DNA of 64,000 nt from Candidatus Bathyarchaeia archaeon. GTDB lineage: Archaea; Thermoproteota; Bathyarchaeia; Bathyarchaeales; Bathycorpusculaceae. The number at the start of each line of letters is the position of its first letter. The stretch's first letter is position 1. Positions 9,891 to 20,457 of the stretch are shown piece after piece. Below the pieces are notes generated by a model. It did not search any database, was not told where the DNA came from, and saw only the letters and a list, made by a program, of their open reading frames with translations. The translations under genes and the position numbers were made by a program. The DNA lies in contig CP170178.1 in the NCBI GenBank assembly GCA_042296865.1, positions 2,446,162-2,510,161 of the forward strand, given 5' to 3'.

Positions 9891-10469
9891 TTAGCCTACC
9901 ATGTTTGAGAGAACCTCATAAGTTTTTAGGCTATCCTTCTTTTCAACCACAATAATTGTTTCTGTCCAGCATGAAATGAACTCAATCATGTTCACGTTCT
10001 GCTCCGCCAGCAAAGTGGCAAGAAAAGCGACAACACCTGGAGTTGCTTCCAACTCTTCGGGGGAATGGACAACAATCATTGTGCAGTTTTCATGTTTAAC
10101 CAGTGTTGTTATGCGTTCAGGCAAGTCTGCCCTGTCCAGCAGGTACACGTATTTTCCTGGCAGGTCAACTTTCATGCCGTTTTTTGATTGCATCTCTTTT
10201 GAGGTTATCATGACGCTTTTGCGGTCGTAAACTGCGATGCTGCTGCGTTTTAGCAGGGCAAGGACTTTTTCTTCTCTTTTCTGTTTATGTTTCTGTAGCT
10301 CTTCTGAGAACCGTCTTAGCGCGGCTTTTACGGCGCTTGTGTTATCGGTTTTTAGTTCGTTTTGGATTTGTCTTGATAGCTCGCTTAGGTTAACTATGTT
10401 TTTCTCGAGCGCCTCAAGCAGGTAGGGTTTGTTTCGTAGATAATTGCGGACGTTTTGAGCTATCGTCAT
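9891..10469 (-). CDS. Predicted amino-acid-metabolism regulator: N-terminal HTH-like region plus C-terminal ACT domain (COG2150-like)
   Basis: 192 aa. C-terminal GVVAFLATLLAEQNVNMIEFIS is an ACT-type beta-alpha-beta. It sits directly upstream of thrB on the same strand. Confidence 0.5.
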   Translation of the reverse strand: MTIAQNVRNYLRNKPYLLEALEKNIVNLSELSRQIQNELKTDNTSAVKAALRRFSEELQKHKQKREEKVLALLKRSSIAVYDRKSVMITSKEMQSKNGMKVDLPGKYVYLLDRADLPERITTLVKHENCTMIVVHSPEELEATPGVVAFLATLLAEQNVNMIEFISCWTETIIVVEKKDSLKTYEVLSNMVG

Positions 10470-10578
10470 AGAAAAATGAGTGTATCAAATAGTACATTTA
10501 AAGGTTCTTATGTAACAAAAAAGTCATAAGGTTTAAAAATGCAGTCCTCAAGGTAAGGGAAAATAATTAGCTCATAAA

Positions 10579-11814
10579 ATGGGGGAGCAAACAATAAACG
10601 AAAAAATTGTACTTGCATACAGCGGCGGATTAGACACATCCGTATTAATCAGATACCTCCAAGAAAAATATAATGCACAAGTAATCACCGTTACAGTAGA
10701 TGTAGGTCAAGGCGAAGACCTCCCCGGCGCAGAAGAAAAAGCCCACAAACTCGGCGTTCTAAAACACTTCTCAATCGACGCCAAAGACGAATTCGCCAAA
10801 GAATACATTTTCCCAGCCATCAAAGCCAACGCCTTATACGAGGATAAATACCCAATCAGCACCAGCCTATCCCGACCTTTAATTGCTAAAAAAATGGTTG
10901 AAATAGCCAAACAAGAAGGCGCAACAGGCTTAGCCCACGGCTGCACAGGACGAGGAAACGACCAAGTTCGATTCGACATAACCCTTAGCAGTCTTGCACC
11001 TGAAATGAAAGTGCTTGCTCCAGTCCGAGAATGGGGCATGACACGTGAAGAAGAAATGGAGTACGCCAAAGCAAAAGGCATCCCAATCTCAGTAAGCGCC
11101 ACTAAATACAGCATTGACGCCAGCGTTTGGGGACGAGCAATCGAATGCGGCTTGCTTGAAGATGCCAGCGTTGAACCTCCAGCAGACGCGTATGAATGGA
11201 CAGTTGCGCCAGAAAAAGCTCCAGACCAGCCAGAATACGTAACAATCACCTTCGAAAAAGGCGTACCCATAGCAGTAAACGGCAAAACTCTGCCGCCGCT
11301 TGAGCTTATTCAAGAAGTAAACACAATCGCAGGACGAAACGGGGTAGGCAGAATCGACCACATTGAAGACCGCATTGTCGGCTTAAAATCTCGTGAGGTT
11401 TATGAGTGTCCAGCGGCGGTTGTTATTCTTGAGGCTCACCGTGACCTTGAAAAAATGGTTATGACACGTCATGAGAACCTGTTTAAACAAACCATTGATG
11501 ACCAATGGGTTTTTCTAGCGTATGCAGGCTTATGGGTTGACCCCTTAAAGGATGACCTTGACGCATTCATAAATCGTTCACAAGAAAACGTCAACGGCGA
11601 AGTCAAACTTAAACTCTACAAAGGCAGCATGCAAGTAGTTGGACGCAGTTCACCAAACTCGCTTTATGACAAGAACTTGGCAAACTATAACATAAAAACC
11701 AGCTTCAACCAGTCATACTCAAAAGGCTTCATTGAACTCTGGGGCATGCAAACCAAGATGTACAATGCATTAAAAGCGTCAAAGGAACCGAAAGCCTCAA
11801 AGACTACCAAGTAG
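10579..11814 (+). CDS. argG: Argininosuccinate synthase
   Basis: 411 aa. AYSGGLDTS P-loop-like motif and GCTGRGNDQVRF. Confidence 0.95.
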   Translation: MGEQTINEKIVLAYSGGLDTSVLIRYLQEKYNAQVITVTVDVGQGEDLPGAEEKAHKLGVLKHFSIDAKDEFAKEYIFPAIKANALYEDKYPISTSLSRPLIAKKMVEIAKQEGATGLAHGCTGRGNDQVRFDITLSSLAPEMKVLAPVREWGMTREEEMEYAKAKGIPISVSATKYSIDASVWGRAIECGLLEDASVEPPADAYEWTVAPEKAPDQPEYVTITFEKGVPIAVNGKTLPPLELIQEVNTIAGRNGVGRIDHIEDRIVGLKSREVYECPAAVVILEAHRDLEKMVMTRHENLFKQTIDDQWVFLAYAGLWVDPLKDDLDAFINRSQENVNGEVKLKLYKGSMQVVGRSSPNSLYDKNLANYNIKTSFNQSYSKGFIELWGMQTKMYNALKASKEPKASKTTK

Positions 11815-11857
11815 AAAAAAAATAAAAAAACTTGAGGAGGGCAAAGAAACGTCTAAA

Positions 11858-13336
11858 ATGTTGCATGGAGGGCGCCTCGGCAATGTTCGAGAAGACGTAG
11901 CTCATTTTACCTCTTCAAGAAAAGACGACACCCGCCTTGCAGAGGCGGTTTTAGCCATTAACAAAGCACATGTTGCCATGGTTATGGAACAAAAAATCAT
12001 CCAATGGCAGCCGGGCACAAAAATCCTTGCTGCTCTTGGCAAACTTTCTGCCTCTACACTTGACCCAAACGCTGAAGACGTACACATGGCAGTTGAAGAA
12101 GCCGTCCTAGCCGAAACAGGCTCCGAAGTCGGCGGCAACATGCACGTAGCAAAAAGCCGAAACGACCAAGTCACAACAGCCATCCGCATAACCCTACGAA
12201 ACGAACTTTTGGTTATCATGCAGGAAATTTTGGACATGCAGCAGAACCTGCTTGACTCGGCGGCTAAACATTTAGACACAATTATTCTGGAATACACTCA
12301 TTTGCAGGCGGCTCAACCTGTAACTTACGCGCATTACTTGCTCTCACAGCATGACGCTTTAGGACGTGACCTGCAGCGGCTACAAGGCGCTTATGAACGT
12401 GTCAACCTGTCTCCCCTTGGCGCTGGAGCATTGGCAACCACCAGTTTCCCACTCAACCGCAAACGCACCGCCGAACTTTTAGGTTTCAGCGACGTTTTAG
12501 AAAACTCTATCGACGCAGTCGGGAGTCGAGACTTCATAATTGAAACCATTGCCGCCTTAACCATGACAGCCGTGAATCTAAGCCGGTTTGCCGAAGACCT
12601 AATCATCTGGAGCAGTGCAGAGTTTGGCACTGTCGAGTTGCCAGACGAATTCACGTCCACCAGCAGCATTATGCCGCAGAAAAAGAATCCTGAATGCCTC
12701 GAAGTTATCCGTGCACGGGCGAGTTACATGCTTGGCGATTACGTGGCGGCGGCAGCGGCAGTAAAAAGTTTACCTACAACTTACAATCTTGACTTCCAAG
12801 AAGTAACCCCTAAACTTTGGGCAGCAACAGACAACCTGAAAGCTTCTCTAAACATTTTCACTCAACTGATTCCCAACATCAAAGTTTCAAGTAACGTTGA
12901 AGACAAAGCTGCAGCAGGCTTTGTGGGCGCTACCGAATTGGCAAACATGCTTGTCCGAAAATACAACGTGGCTTTCCGAACGGCGCACAAGATTGCGGGT
13001 GCTCTTGTGAAAGCCTTGATTGAATCTAAAAAGACGTTGTTGGATGCTACGCCAGAACTGTTGCAGACGGTTGCTAAAGACTGCGCTGGTTTAGAGTTAA
13101 CCGTTAAAACCGAAGACCTTGACCAATGCACAAATCCACGCAAAATAGTCGAAACATATAAAGTTCAAGGTGGACCATCACCCGTTGAGGTTGAAAGAGC
13201 CTTAAAAGAAAGAACAAAAAGTCACAAGCAAACACAAAAAACGGTTTTAGACCTTAAAGCTTCTCTTTCAAACGCGTTAAAGCAACTTGACGCTCTTGTG
13301 GATTCATACTCTTTAAAGTCATCAATAAAGGATTGA
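11858..13336 (+). CDS. argH: Argininosuccinate lyase
   Basis: 492 aa. Fumarate-lyase signature SSIMPQKKNPE and the TEL.N pattern. Confidence 0.9.
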   Translation: MLHGGRLGNVREDVAHFTSSRKDDTRLAEAVLAINKAHVAMVMEQKIIQWQPGTKILAALGKLSASTLDPNAEDVHMAVEEAVLAETGSEVGGNMHVAKSRNDQVTTAIRITLRNELLVIMQEILDMQQNLLDSAAKHLDTIILEYTHLQAAQPVTYAHYLLSQHDALGRDLQRLQGAYERVNLSPLGAGALATTSFPLNRKRTAELLGFSDVLENSIDAVGSRDFIIETIAALTMTAVNLSRFAEDLIIWSSAEFGTVELPDEFTSTSSIMPQKKNPECLEVIRARASYMLGDYVAAAAAVKSLPTTYNLDFQEVTPKLWAATDNLKASLNIFTQLIPNIKVSSNVEDKAAAGFVGATELANMLVRKYNVAFRTAHKIAGALVKALIESKKTLLDATPELLQTVAKDCAGLELTVKTEDLDQCTNPRKIVETYKVQGGPSPVEVERALKERTKSHKQTQKTVLDLKASLSNALKQLDALVDSYSLKSSIKD

Positions 13337-13375
13337 AAATTATAGGTAGATCAAGCTTTGGAGTCAAATAACAGC

Positions 13376-14503
13376 ATGTCGGAGAAAACAAAAAAGGCGG
13401 TTCTGCTTCTTGAAGACGGGACGTCATTTATCGGGAAAGGTTTTGGGGCAACTGGAAAAATCAGCGGTGAAGTGGTTTTTTCAACTTCAATGGTTGGGTA
13501 CCCTGAATCTTTGACCGACCCCTCATACAAAGGACAAATCTTAACATTAACTTACCCAATGGTTGGCAATTACGGGGTTCCTTCAAACGAGCTTAACCTT
13601 GGATTGCCGCTTTATTTTGAATCTGACCACATTCAAGTTCAAGGTTTAGTCATCCATGAACTCTGTCTTGAACCGTACCATTGGGCTTCAACACGCACCC
13701 TTGACAAGTGGCTCTCCGACGAAGGTGTCCCCGGCATTTACGGCGTAGACACACGACGCTTAACCAAAAAACTGCGAACCCACGGCGTCATGCTTGGATT
13801 GCTGCAGGTTTTTGACGTAAACGAGGAACCAAACCTTGAAGTGCTCCTAAAGAATGGCCACAACATTGCAGACCCCAACCAAACCGACCTGGTTAAGGAA
13901 GTTTCAATTAAAAAACCCTGCAAGTACAATGTTGAGGGCAAACTAAACGTTGTCCTAATAGACTGCGGAGTAAAATTCAACATCATCCGCAATCTGCTAA
14001 GGCGTGGAATAAATGTTATCCGTGTACCCTACGACACGTCTGCAGAAGAGATAATGTCTTACCATCCTGACGGCGTCTTTGTCAGCAACGGACCCGGCGA
14101 CCCTAAACGCAACGTAAAAACAATTGAAGCCATCCGCGAACTTTCGGAAAAGGTTCCTTTGATGGGTATCTGCCTTGGCGCCCAAATTTTAGCGTTGGCA
14201 TTGGGCGGTGACACTTACAAACTCAAGTTTGGGCACAGAGCTCAAAACCAGCCTGCCCTTGACCTGAATAGTCAACGTTGTTACATTACTACTCAAAATC
14301 ACGGATACGCTATAAACATGGAAACACTGAAACAGACGCCGCTTGAACCCTGGTATCTAAACCCAAACGACAAAACAACTGAAGGCATAAAACACAAAAC
14401 CAAACCCGTCTTTGCTGTTCAATGGCACCCCGAAGCCTCACCTGGACCATACGACACCGAATTGCTGTTTGATAAATTCAAAAAATCTTTGGAGGCAAAG
14501 TAA
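13376..14503 (+). CDS. carA: Carbamoyl-phosphate synthase small (glutaminase) subunit
   Basis: KAVLLLEDGT N-terminus. GICLGAQ catalytic Cys and the WHPE motif. ATG at 13376 chosen; the track ORF starts at TTG 13358. Confidence 0.9.
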   Translation: MSEKTKKAVLLLEDGTSFIGKGFGATGKISGEVVFSTSMVGYPESLTDPSYKGQILTLTYPMVGNYGVPSNELNLGLPLYFESDHIQVQGLVIHELCLEPYHWASTRTLDKWLSDEGVPGIYGVDTRRLTKKLRTHGVMLGLLQVFDVNEEPNLEVLLKNGHNIADPNQTDLVKEVSIKKPCKYNVEGKLNVVLIDCGVKFNIIRNLLRRGINVIRVPYDTSAEEIMSYHPDGVFVSNGPGDPKRNVKTIEAIRELSEKVPLMGICLGAQILALALGGDTYKLKFGHRAQNQPALDLNSQRCYITTQNHGYAINMETLKQTPLEPWYLNPNDKTTEGIKHKTKPVFAVQWHPEASPGPYDTELLFDKFKKSLEAK

Positions 14504-17500
14504 ATGCCGAAATTCGATTGGATACATAAAGTTCTTGTTCTTGGAAGCGGCGCAATCAAAATTGGCGAAGCAGCCGAATTCGATTACAGCGGTAGCCAAT
14601 GCCTAAAAGCCCTCAGGGAAGAAGGCATAGAAACCGTTCTCATTAACCCTAACATTGCAACAATCCAAACCGACCCCCGACTCTCAGGCAAAGTCTACCT
14701 TCTCCCAGTCACCCCAGAATTCGTGGAGAAGGTCATCGCAAAAGAACGCCCCGACGGCATCCTGCTCGGGTTCGGTGGACAAACCGCACTCAACTGCGGC
14801 ATCGAACTAGCAAAAACAGGTGTCCTTGACAAGTACAACTGTAAAGTCTTGGGAACCCCAATCTCTGCTATTGAAGACACTGGCGACCGGGAACGTTTCC
14901 GTCAATCAATGCTTGAAGCCGACGTTCCGCCGCTAAAAAGCAAGTCTGCAACAAGCTTAAAATCCGCAATGGAAACCGCGGAAGAAATCGGTTACCCCGT
15001 AATCGTCCGTGTAGCTTACACTTTAGGCGGCAAAGGCTCTGGTGTCGCCCACAACGTTACTGAACTTAAAGAAATCGTTACCCGCGGTATCGCTCAAAGC
15101 CGCATCGGCCAAGTCTTAATCGAAGAATACGTTGGTCACTGGAAAGAAGTTGAATACGAAGTAATGCGTGACTATGCAGACAACTGTTTAACCGTATGCA
15201 ACATGGAAAACTTTGACCCCATGGGCGTCCACACGGGCGACAGCATCGTTGTTGCTCCATCGCAAACCATGACTAACCGTGAGTACCACAAAATACGTTC
15301 AATCAGCATAAACGCCATCCGACACCTCGGCATAGTCGGTGAATGCAACATTCAATGGGCACTGCACACTAAATCTGAAGAATGCCGCGTAATCGAAGTT
15401 AACTCGAGAATGTCTCGAAGCAGCGCATTAGCCAGCAAAGTCACAGGTTATCCGCTTGCTTACATCGCAACTAAATTAACCATCGGGTACCTGCTGCCTG
15501 AACTTATTAATAAAGTCACTGAAGTAACAACCGCCTGCTTTGAACCAGCTCTTGACTATATTACCGTAAAGATTCCACGTTGGGACCTTCAGAAATTCAA
15601 GAACGCCGACCGTCATATTGGTCCACAGATGCGCAGTGTGGGTGAAGTTATGGCTATTGGTCGCTGTTTTGAAGAAGCCCTGCAAAAAGCTGTTCGCATG
15701 CTAGATATCGGCAAAATCGGTTTAGTTTGTAACCCAGAAGATTTTGAGCCTGAATCTGAGGAACGCATACGTGACGAACTGGCAAACCCAACTGATGAGC
15801 GTCTTTACGTAATTAGCAAAGCCCTCCGCATGGGCTTAAGCGTACCTGAAGTTTACCGTCTAAGCGGCATTGACCCGTTCTTCCTCTACAAGATCAAAAA
15901 CATTCTTGACATGGAAGATAAACTGCGCAAACTAAACCTAGGCGAATTTGACGCTGTAGAGGTTATCCGTGAAGCTAAACGCATCGGTTTCTCAGATGAG
16001 CAAATCGCTGTTTGCCAATGCACTGACGAAGCAACAATTCGCCAGTTCCGCAAAAACAACAGCATCATCCCATCAGTAAAACAAATCGACACACTCGCCG
16101 CTGAATACCCAGCCAAAACCAACTATCTCTACATGACTTACGGCGGAGACGAAGACGACATCGAACTCTCCACTACCGCAAGCAAGGTTATCGTTTTGGG
16201 CGCTGGGGTTTTCCGTATTGGCTCAAGCGTCGAGTTTGACTGGTGCGGCGTTAACACGATTTGGGCGCTTAAAAAGAACGGCATACAGGAAGCTATAATG
16301 GTTAACTATAACCCTGAAACCGTCAGCACCGACTATGACGTGTCGGATAAACTGTACTTTGAAGAATTAACAAACGAACGCATCATGGACATTTACGACA
16401 AAGAAAACCCGTTAGGCATAATTACAAGCGTTGGCGGGCAAATCCCCAACAACCTGTCCATGAAGTTGACGGAGTCAGGCGCCAAAATCTTGGGCACATC
16501 AGCACACGATGTCGACTTAGCTGAAGACCGCAGCAAATTCAGCGCACTGCTCGACCAGTTGGGTATTAGTCAGCCCCCTTGGAGTAAGCTCGTGTCCATC
16601 GCAGACGCTAAACGTAGTGCAGAAAAAATCGGTTACCCCGTCATCGTCCGTCCCAGCTACGTGCTCTCTGGCAGCGCTATGCGTGTAGCTTACAACGAAG
16701 CCTCCTTAGAGAACTTCCTTAACCTTGCCGCTAAAGTTTCCCATGACCACCCAGTTGTCATCAGCAAATTCATAACACGCGCCAAAGAAGTTGAAGTAGA
16801 CGGCGTATCAGACGGCGATAACGTGTTAATCGGCGCAATCATGGAACACGTTGAAAACGCAGGTGTCCACAGCGGCGACGCAACCATGACTATTCCACCC
16901 CAAGCCCTAAAGCCTGAGGTTCAAAAGAAAATTGAAGACTCCACCCAACGCATCGTCAAAGCGCTTAAAATCCGTGGCCCCTACAACATTCAGTACCTCG
17001 TAAAAGACGACGTTGTCAACGTTATCGAATGTAACCTACGCGCTTCTCGTTCTATGCCGTTTGTCAGCAAAACTCGCGGAGTAAACCTGATTGAACAGGC
17101 AACTTTGGCGATGCTTGGCAAAAAAATCAACATTCAACTCTCACCAATGCAGGTTGCGCCACACGTGGGCGTAAAGGTTCCACAATTCAGTTTCATGCGC
17201 CTCAGCGGAGCAGACCCAGTCTTGGGCGTTGAAATGCTCAGCACAGGCGAAGTCGCGTGCATAGGCGAAAACTTTGCAGACGCCTTTAGCAAAGCATTGC
17301 AGGCCGCTGAAGTTCACATTCCACCAAAAGACGGAGCGATTCTCATCAGTGTAGGCGGCGACCAGGAACGCAAAAAACGTGTCGTACCCATCGCAAAAGC
17401 CTTTGCCGACATGAACTTCCGCATTTACGCAACAGCCCACACCGCCGACGTGCTTAACGCTTCAGGCGTAAACACCACGATTCTCTACAAAGTTAAAGAC

Positions 17501-17773
17501 GCCCAAGCCAACCCCAACATTCTCGATTACCTGCAGGAACGCAAAATCGACCTAGTCATCAACGTGCCAGTTGCTAACCGCCAAACCAGCTACTCAGACA
17601 TCTTAACCGACGGCTACATTATTCGGCGCCAAGCAGTAGAATTCAACGTGCCAGTAATCACCAACCTGCAACTCGCAGAAGCCCTCGTCGACGTCCTAAA
17701 GAAGAATAACCAGAACGGGCAAATCCGCAGCCTCAACGAATACATGGACCAAATCCCCTGGAAACAATGGTAA
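14504..17773 (+). CDS. carB: Carbamoyl-phosphate synthase large subunit
   Basis: 1089 aa with duplicated ATP-grasp halves. The start abuts the carA stop (TAAATG). Confidence 0.95.
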   Translation: MPKFDWIHKVLVLGSGAIKIGEAAEFDYSGSQCLKALREEGIETVLINPNIATIQTDPRLSGKVYLLPVTPEFVEKVIAKERPDGILLGFGGQTALNCGIELAKTGVLDKYNCKVLGTPISAIEDTGDRERFRQSMLEADVPPLKSKSATSLKSAMETAEEIGYPVIVRVAYTLGGKGSGVAHNVTELKEIVTRGIAQSRIGQVLIEEYVGHWKEVEYEVMRDYADNCLTVCNMENFDPMGVHTGDSIVVAPSQTMTNREYHKIRSISINAIRHLGIVGECNIQWALHTKSEECRVIEVNSRMSRSSALASKVTGYPLAYIATKLTIGYLLPELINKVTEVTTACFEPALDYITVKIPRWDLQKFKNADRHIGPQMRSVGEVMAIGRCFEEALQKAVRMLDIGKIGLVCNPEDFEPESEERIRDELANPTDERLYVISKALRMGLSVPEVYRLSGIDPFFLYKIKNILDMEDKLRKLNLGEFDAVEVIREAKRIGFSDEQIAVCQCTDEATIRQFRKNNSIIPSVKQIDTLAAEYPAKTNYLYMTYGGDEDDIELSTTASKVIVLGAGVFRIGSSVEFDWCGVNTIWALKKNGIQEAIMVNYNPETVSTDYDVSDKLYFEELTNERIMDIYDKENPLGIITSVGGQIPNNLSMKLTESGAKILGTSAHDVDLAEDRSKFSALLDQLGISQPPWSKLVSIADAKRSAEKIGYPVIVRPSYVLSGSAMRVAYNEASLENFLNLAAKVSHDHPVVISKFITRAKEVEVDGVSDGDNVLIGAIMEHVENAGVHSGDATMTIPPQALKPEVQKKIEDSTQRIVKALKIRGPYNIQYLVKDDVVNVIECNLRASRSMPFVSKTRGVNLIEQATLAMLGKKINIQLSPMQVAPHVGVKVPQFSFMRLSGADPVLGVEMLSTGEVACIGENFADAFSKALQAAEVHIPPKDGAILISVGGDQERKKRVVPIAKAFADMNFRIYATAHTADVLNASGVNTTILYKVKDAQANPNILDYLQERKIDLVINVPVANRQTSYSDILTDGYIIRRQAVEFNVPVITNLQLAEALVDVLKKNNQNGQIRSLNEYMDQIPWKQW

Positions 17774-17799
17774 ACCGCCAAGTTCCTAACCATTCCTTA

Positions 17800-17888
17800 T
17801 TTTTGGCTTGATTTTCAACCATTAGCACCTACCCCCCTTAGGTTTTCTGCAATGATTGAATATTAGGATACAAATAGACTGCAAACAG
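17800..17888 (+). repeat. Intergenic repeat family, copy B (core ACCTACCCCCCTTAGG at 17827-17842)
   Basis: Lies between the convergent carB and hydrolase genes. Shares its left arm with copy A, and its right arm (GGTTTTCTGCAnnGATTnAATATTAGG...CAAATAG) with copy D. Confidence 0.65.
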
Positions 17889-17904
17889 GGTTAAAAAATG
17901 GAAA

Positions 17905-18777
17905 TTAAGCGGCTGGTTGCATTGGAGCCGTTTTTTCTTTTTCGGGTTTTAATTCGCCTTTGATGAATGCGAGCAAGTCCTCGTTAATCTGCTGTTTATG
18001 GGTAGTGCACATGCCGTGTGGTGCGCCCTTGTAAACTTTGAAAATATTGTTTTTAACGATTTTAGCGGAAAGCACGCCAGAATTGGCAATTGGCACAATC
18101 TGGTCATCGTCACCCTGCAAAATCAACGTGGGGACGTTAATTTTTTTTAGGTCAGCGTTTTGGTCTGTTTCCGAGAAAGCTTTAACACAGTAGTATACCG
18201 CTGGAAGGCTTGCCATCATGCCTTGAAGCCAGAAAGTGTTTCGGACGCCTTCAGAAACTTTAGCGTTTGGCCTATTGTAGCCGTAGAATTGCATTGATAA
18301 ATCCTTGAAGAATTGTGAGCGATCATCAAGTATTGCTTGTCTTAATTGGTCAAAAGCTTCCATTGGTGTGCCGCCGGGGTTTGCTGGGGTTTTAACCATA
18401 AGGGGCGGTATAGCTGATATCATAACGGCTTTTGAAACTCTGTCTGTTCCATGCCTTGCCATGTACCGAACAATTTCGCCGCCCCCAGTGGAATGCCCAA
18501 CTAAAACTATGTTGGTTAAATCCAGTTTTTCAATAAGACCCGAAAGGTCATCCGCGTAAGTGTCAAGGTCATGTCCTGTTCCAGGTTGGCTTGAACGTCC
18601 ATGCCCGCGTCTGTCATGTGCAATGCAACGGTAGCCTCTGGCAGCTAGAAAGAACATTTGGTCTTCAAACGCGTCGCTATTTAGCGGCCAACCGTGACTA
18701 AAAACTACTGGTTGACCATTACTGTTGCCCCAATCCTTGTAAAAAAGCTCAACACCATTCACGTTTATTTTTGCCAT
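17905..18777 (-). CDS. Alpha/beta hydrolase (non-heme haloperoxidase / arylesterase-like)
   Basis: [33 protein letters not shown] and the GHSTGGGE nucleophile elbow. ATG at 18777 preferred over 18813. Confidence 0.8.
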   Translation of the reverse strand: MAKINVNGVELFYKDWGNSNGQPVVFSHGWPLNSDAFEDQMFFLAARGYRCIAHDRRGHGRSSQPGTGHDLDTYADDLSGLIEKLDLTNIVLVGHSTGGGEIVRYMARHGTDRVSKAVMISAIPPLMVKTPANPGGTPMEAFDQLRQAILDDRSQFFKDLSMQFYGYNRPNAKVSEGVRNTFWLQGMMASLPAVYYCVKAFSETDQNADLKKINVPTLILQGDDDQIVPIANSGVLSAKIVKNNIFKVYKGAPHGMCTTHKQQINEDLLAFIKGELKPEKEKTAPMQPAA

Positions 18778-18950
18778 AAAATTTCTATTCTCCAATTTTA
18801 AGGTCAAAAGCACTGAATTTTAGGGTATGTTTCTTCAATGCGCAACAACACTTTCTAACAGAGGTTTGTTTTCTGGATTTTTTAGGCGGCTTTTTGCGTA
18901 AATATTATATTGCTTGGGTTACTTTTCGATTGGCATCAAGGTAAGGCTGC

Positions 18951-20453
18951 TTGTCACAAGGGAAGAAAACACGGACAATCGAGGAAATTAACCAGAAAAT
19001 AATGAAAGGCGACGCTCAAGTTTTAACCGCTGAAGAAATGAAAAAACTAGTCGAAAGCAGCGGCGTAGAGGTTGCTTTTAAAGAAGTTGACGTTGTAACC
19101 ACGGGCACTTTTGGAGCCATGTGCTCTTCAGGCGCCGTTATCAACCTTGGACATTCTGACCCGCCAATCAAAATCACTCGGGCTTGGCTAAACGACGTGG
19201 AAGTTTGCCACCCCGGCGCAGCCGTTGACCTTTTCATTGGAGCCACAAACTCTTGCGAAAAACAGCCCTTTGAATACGGGGGCGGTCACGTAATTCAAGA
19301 TTTGGTTGCAGGAAACGAAGTTGAATTCCGAGCTACTGCGTACGGCACTGACTGTTACCCCAGAACTGGTGTTAAAACAACCATAACCAAAGACGACCTC
19401 AACCAGTTTTACCTATTAAACTTCCGTAACTGCTACCAACTTTACAACTGCGCAATCAACGGTAGTGACGAAACAATTTACACTTACATGAACAAACTGT
19501 TGCCTCGCATGCGTAACGCCACCTTCTCAGGCGCAGGTGAACTTAACCCACTCATGAACGACCCTGACTATGAAACCGTGGGGTTTGGCACCAAAATCTT
19601 CCTCGGTGGCGGTCAAGGCTACATTATAGGTGAAGGCACCCAGCATAGCCCTAAAAACCTTAACGGCACATTGATGGTTAAAGGTGACGCTAAAAAAATG
19701 AGCCCCGACTTTCTGCAGGGCGCCGCTTTTACGCGTTATGGCACAACCTTGTATGTTGGTTTAGGCATACCTATTCCAATCCTTAACGAGGGTTTAGTTA
19801 GGAAGACCGCGATTCGTGACAGCGAAATCTTCACCGACGTAATAGACTACAGCGTTATGCGTCGAGACAAACCTAAACTTCGCAAAGTCTCCTACGCCGA
19901 GTTAAAATCGGGTTCAATCACTGTTAACGACAAACGGGTTCGCGTTAGCTCGCTTTCCAGCTTGAAAATGGCAAAAAAAGTTTGCCAAACCCTGAAAAGC
20001 TGGATTGAAGAAGGGCAATTCACCTTAACCGTACCCATTGAACGGCTGCCGCTTGACACCGTTGTTAAGCCGATGCGTCAAACCCAAGAAATCCCGTTCG
20101 TCTCAAACGTTATGCATCCAGCCGTAACCTGCACCGAAGACGAGGAAATCCGCGCCATCGCTGAACGCATAGTCACAAAATCCGTAAACCACATAGTCGT
20201 AATTGACCCTAACGGTAAACTGCTTGGCATTGTCACGTCATGGGACATTACCCGCGCTATGGCTGAAGGCAAAAAAGCGCTTGCAGAAATTGAATCACGC
20301 AAAGTCATAACTGCCAAGCCTGATGAACCCTTGGAAATTGCTTCAAAACGCATGGCGCAACATAACATTTCAGCGTTACCTGTAATAGATTCTGAACACA
20401 AAGTCTTAGGTATAGTAACTTCTGAAGATGTTTCTAAACTGTTAGGACGGTAA
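18951..20453 (+). CDS. Homocysteine-biosynthesis protein (COG1900/DUF39 domain plus two CBS domains; MJ0100/MA1821-like)
   Basis: 500 aa. RTIEEINQKI...VLTAEE N-terminus typical of DUF39. C-terminal tandem CBS (HIVVIDPNGKLLGIVTSWDI and ISALPVIDSEHKVLGIVTSEDV). TTG start. Confidence 0.8.
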   Translation: MSQGKKTRTIEEINQKIMKGDAQVLTAEEMKKLVESSGVEVAFKEVDVVTTGTFGAMCSSGAVINLGHSDPPIKITRAWLNDVEVCHPGAAVDLFIGATNSCEKQPFEYGGGHVIQDLVAGNEVEFRATAYGTDCYPRTGVKTTITKDDLNQFYLLNFRNCYQLYNCAINGSDETIYTYMNKLLPRMRNATFSGAGELNPLMNDPDYETVGFGTKIFLGGGQGYIIGEGTQHSPKNLNGTLMVKGDAKKMSPDFLQGAAFTRYGTTLYVGLGIPIPILNEGLVRKTAIRDSEIFTDVIDYSVMRRDKPKLRKVSYAELKSGSITVNDKRVRVSSLSSLKMAKKVCQTLKSWIEEGQFTLTVPIERLPLDTVVKPMRQTQEIPFVSNVMHPAVTCTEDEEIRAIAERIVTKSVNHIVVIDPNGKLLGIVTSWDITRAMAEGKKALAEIESRKVITAKPDEPLEIASKRMAQHNISALPVIDSEHKVLGIVTSEDVSKLLGR

Positions 20454-20457
20454 AGTT

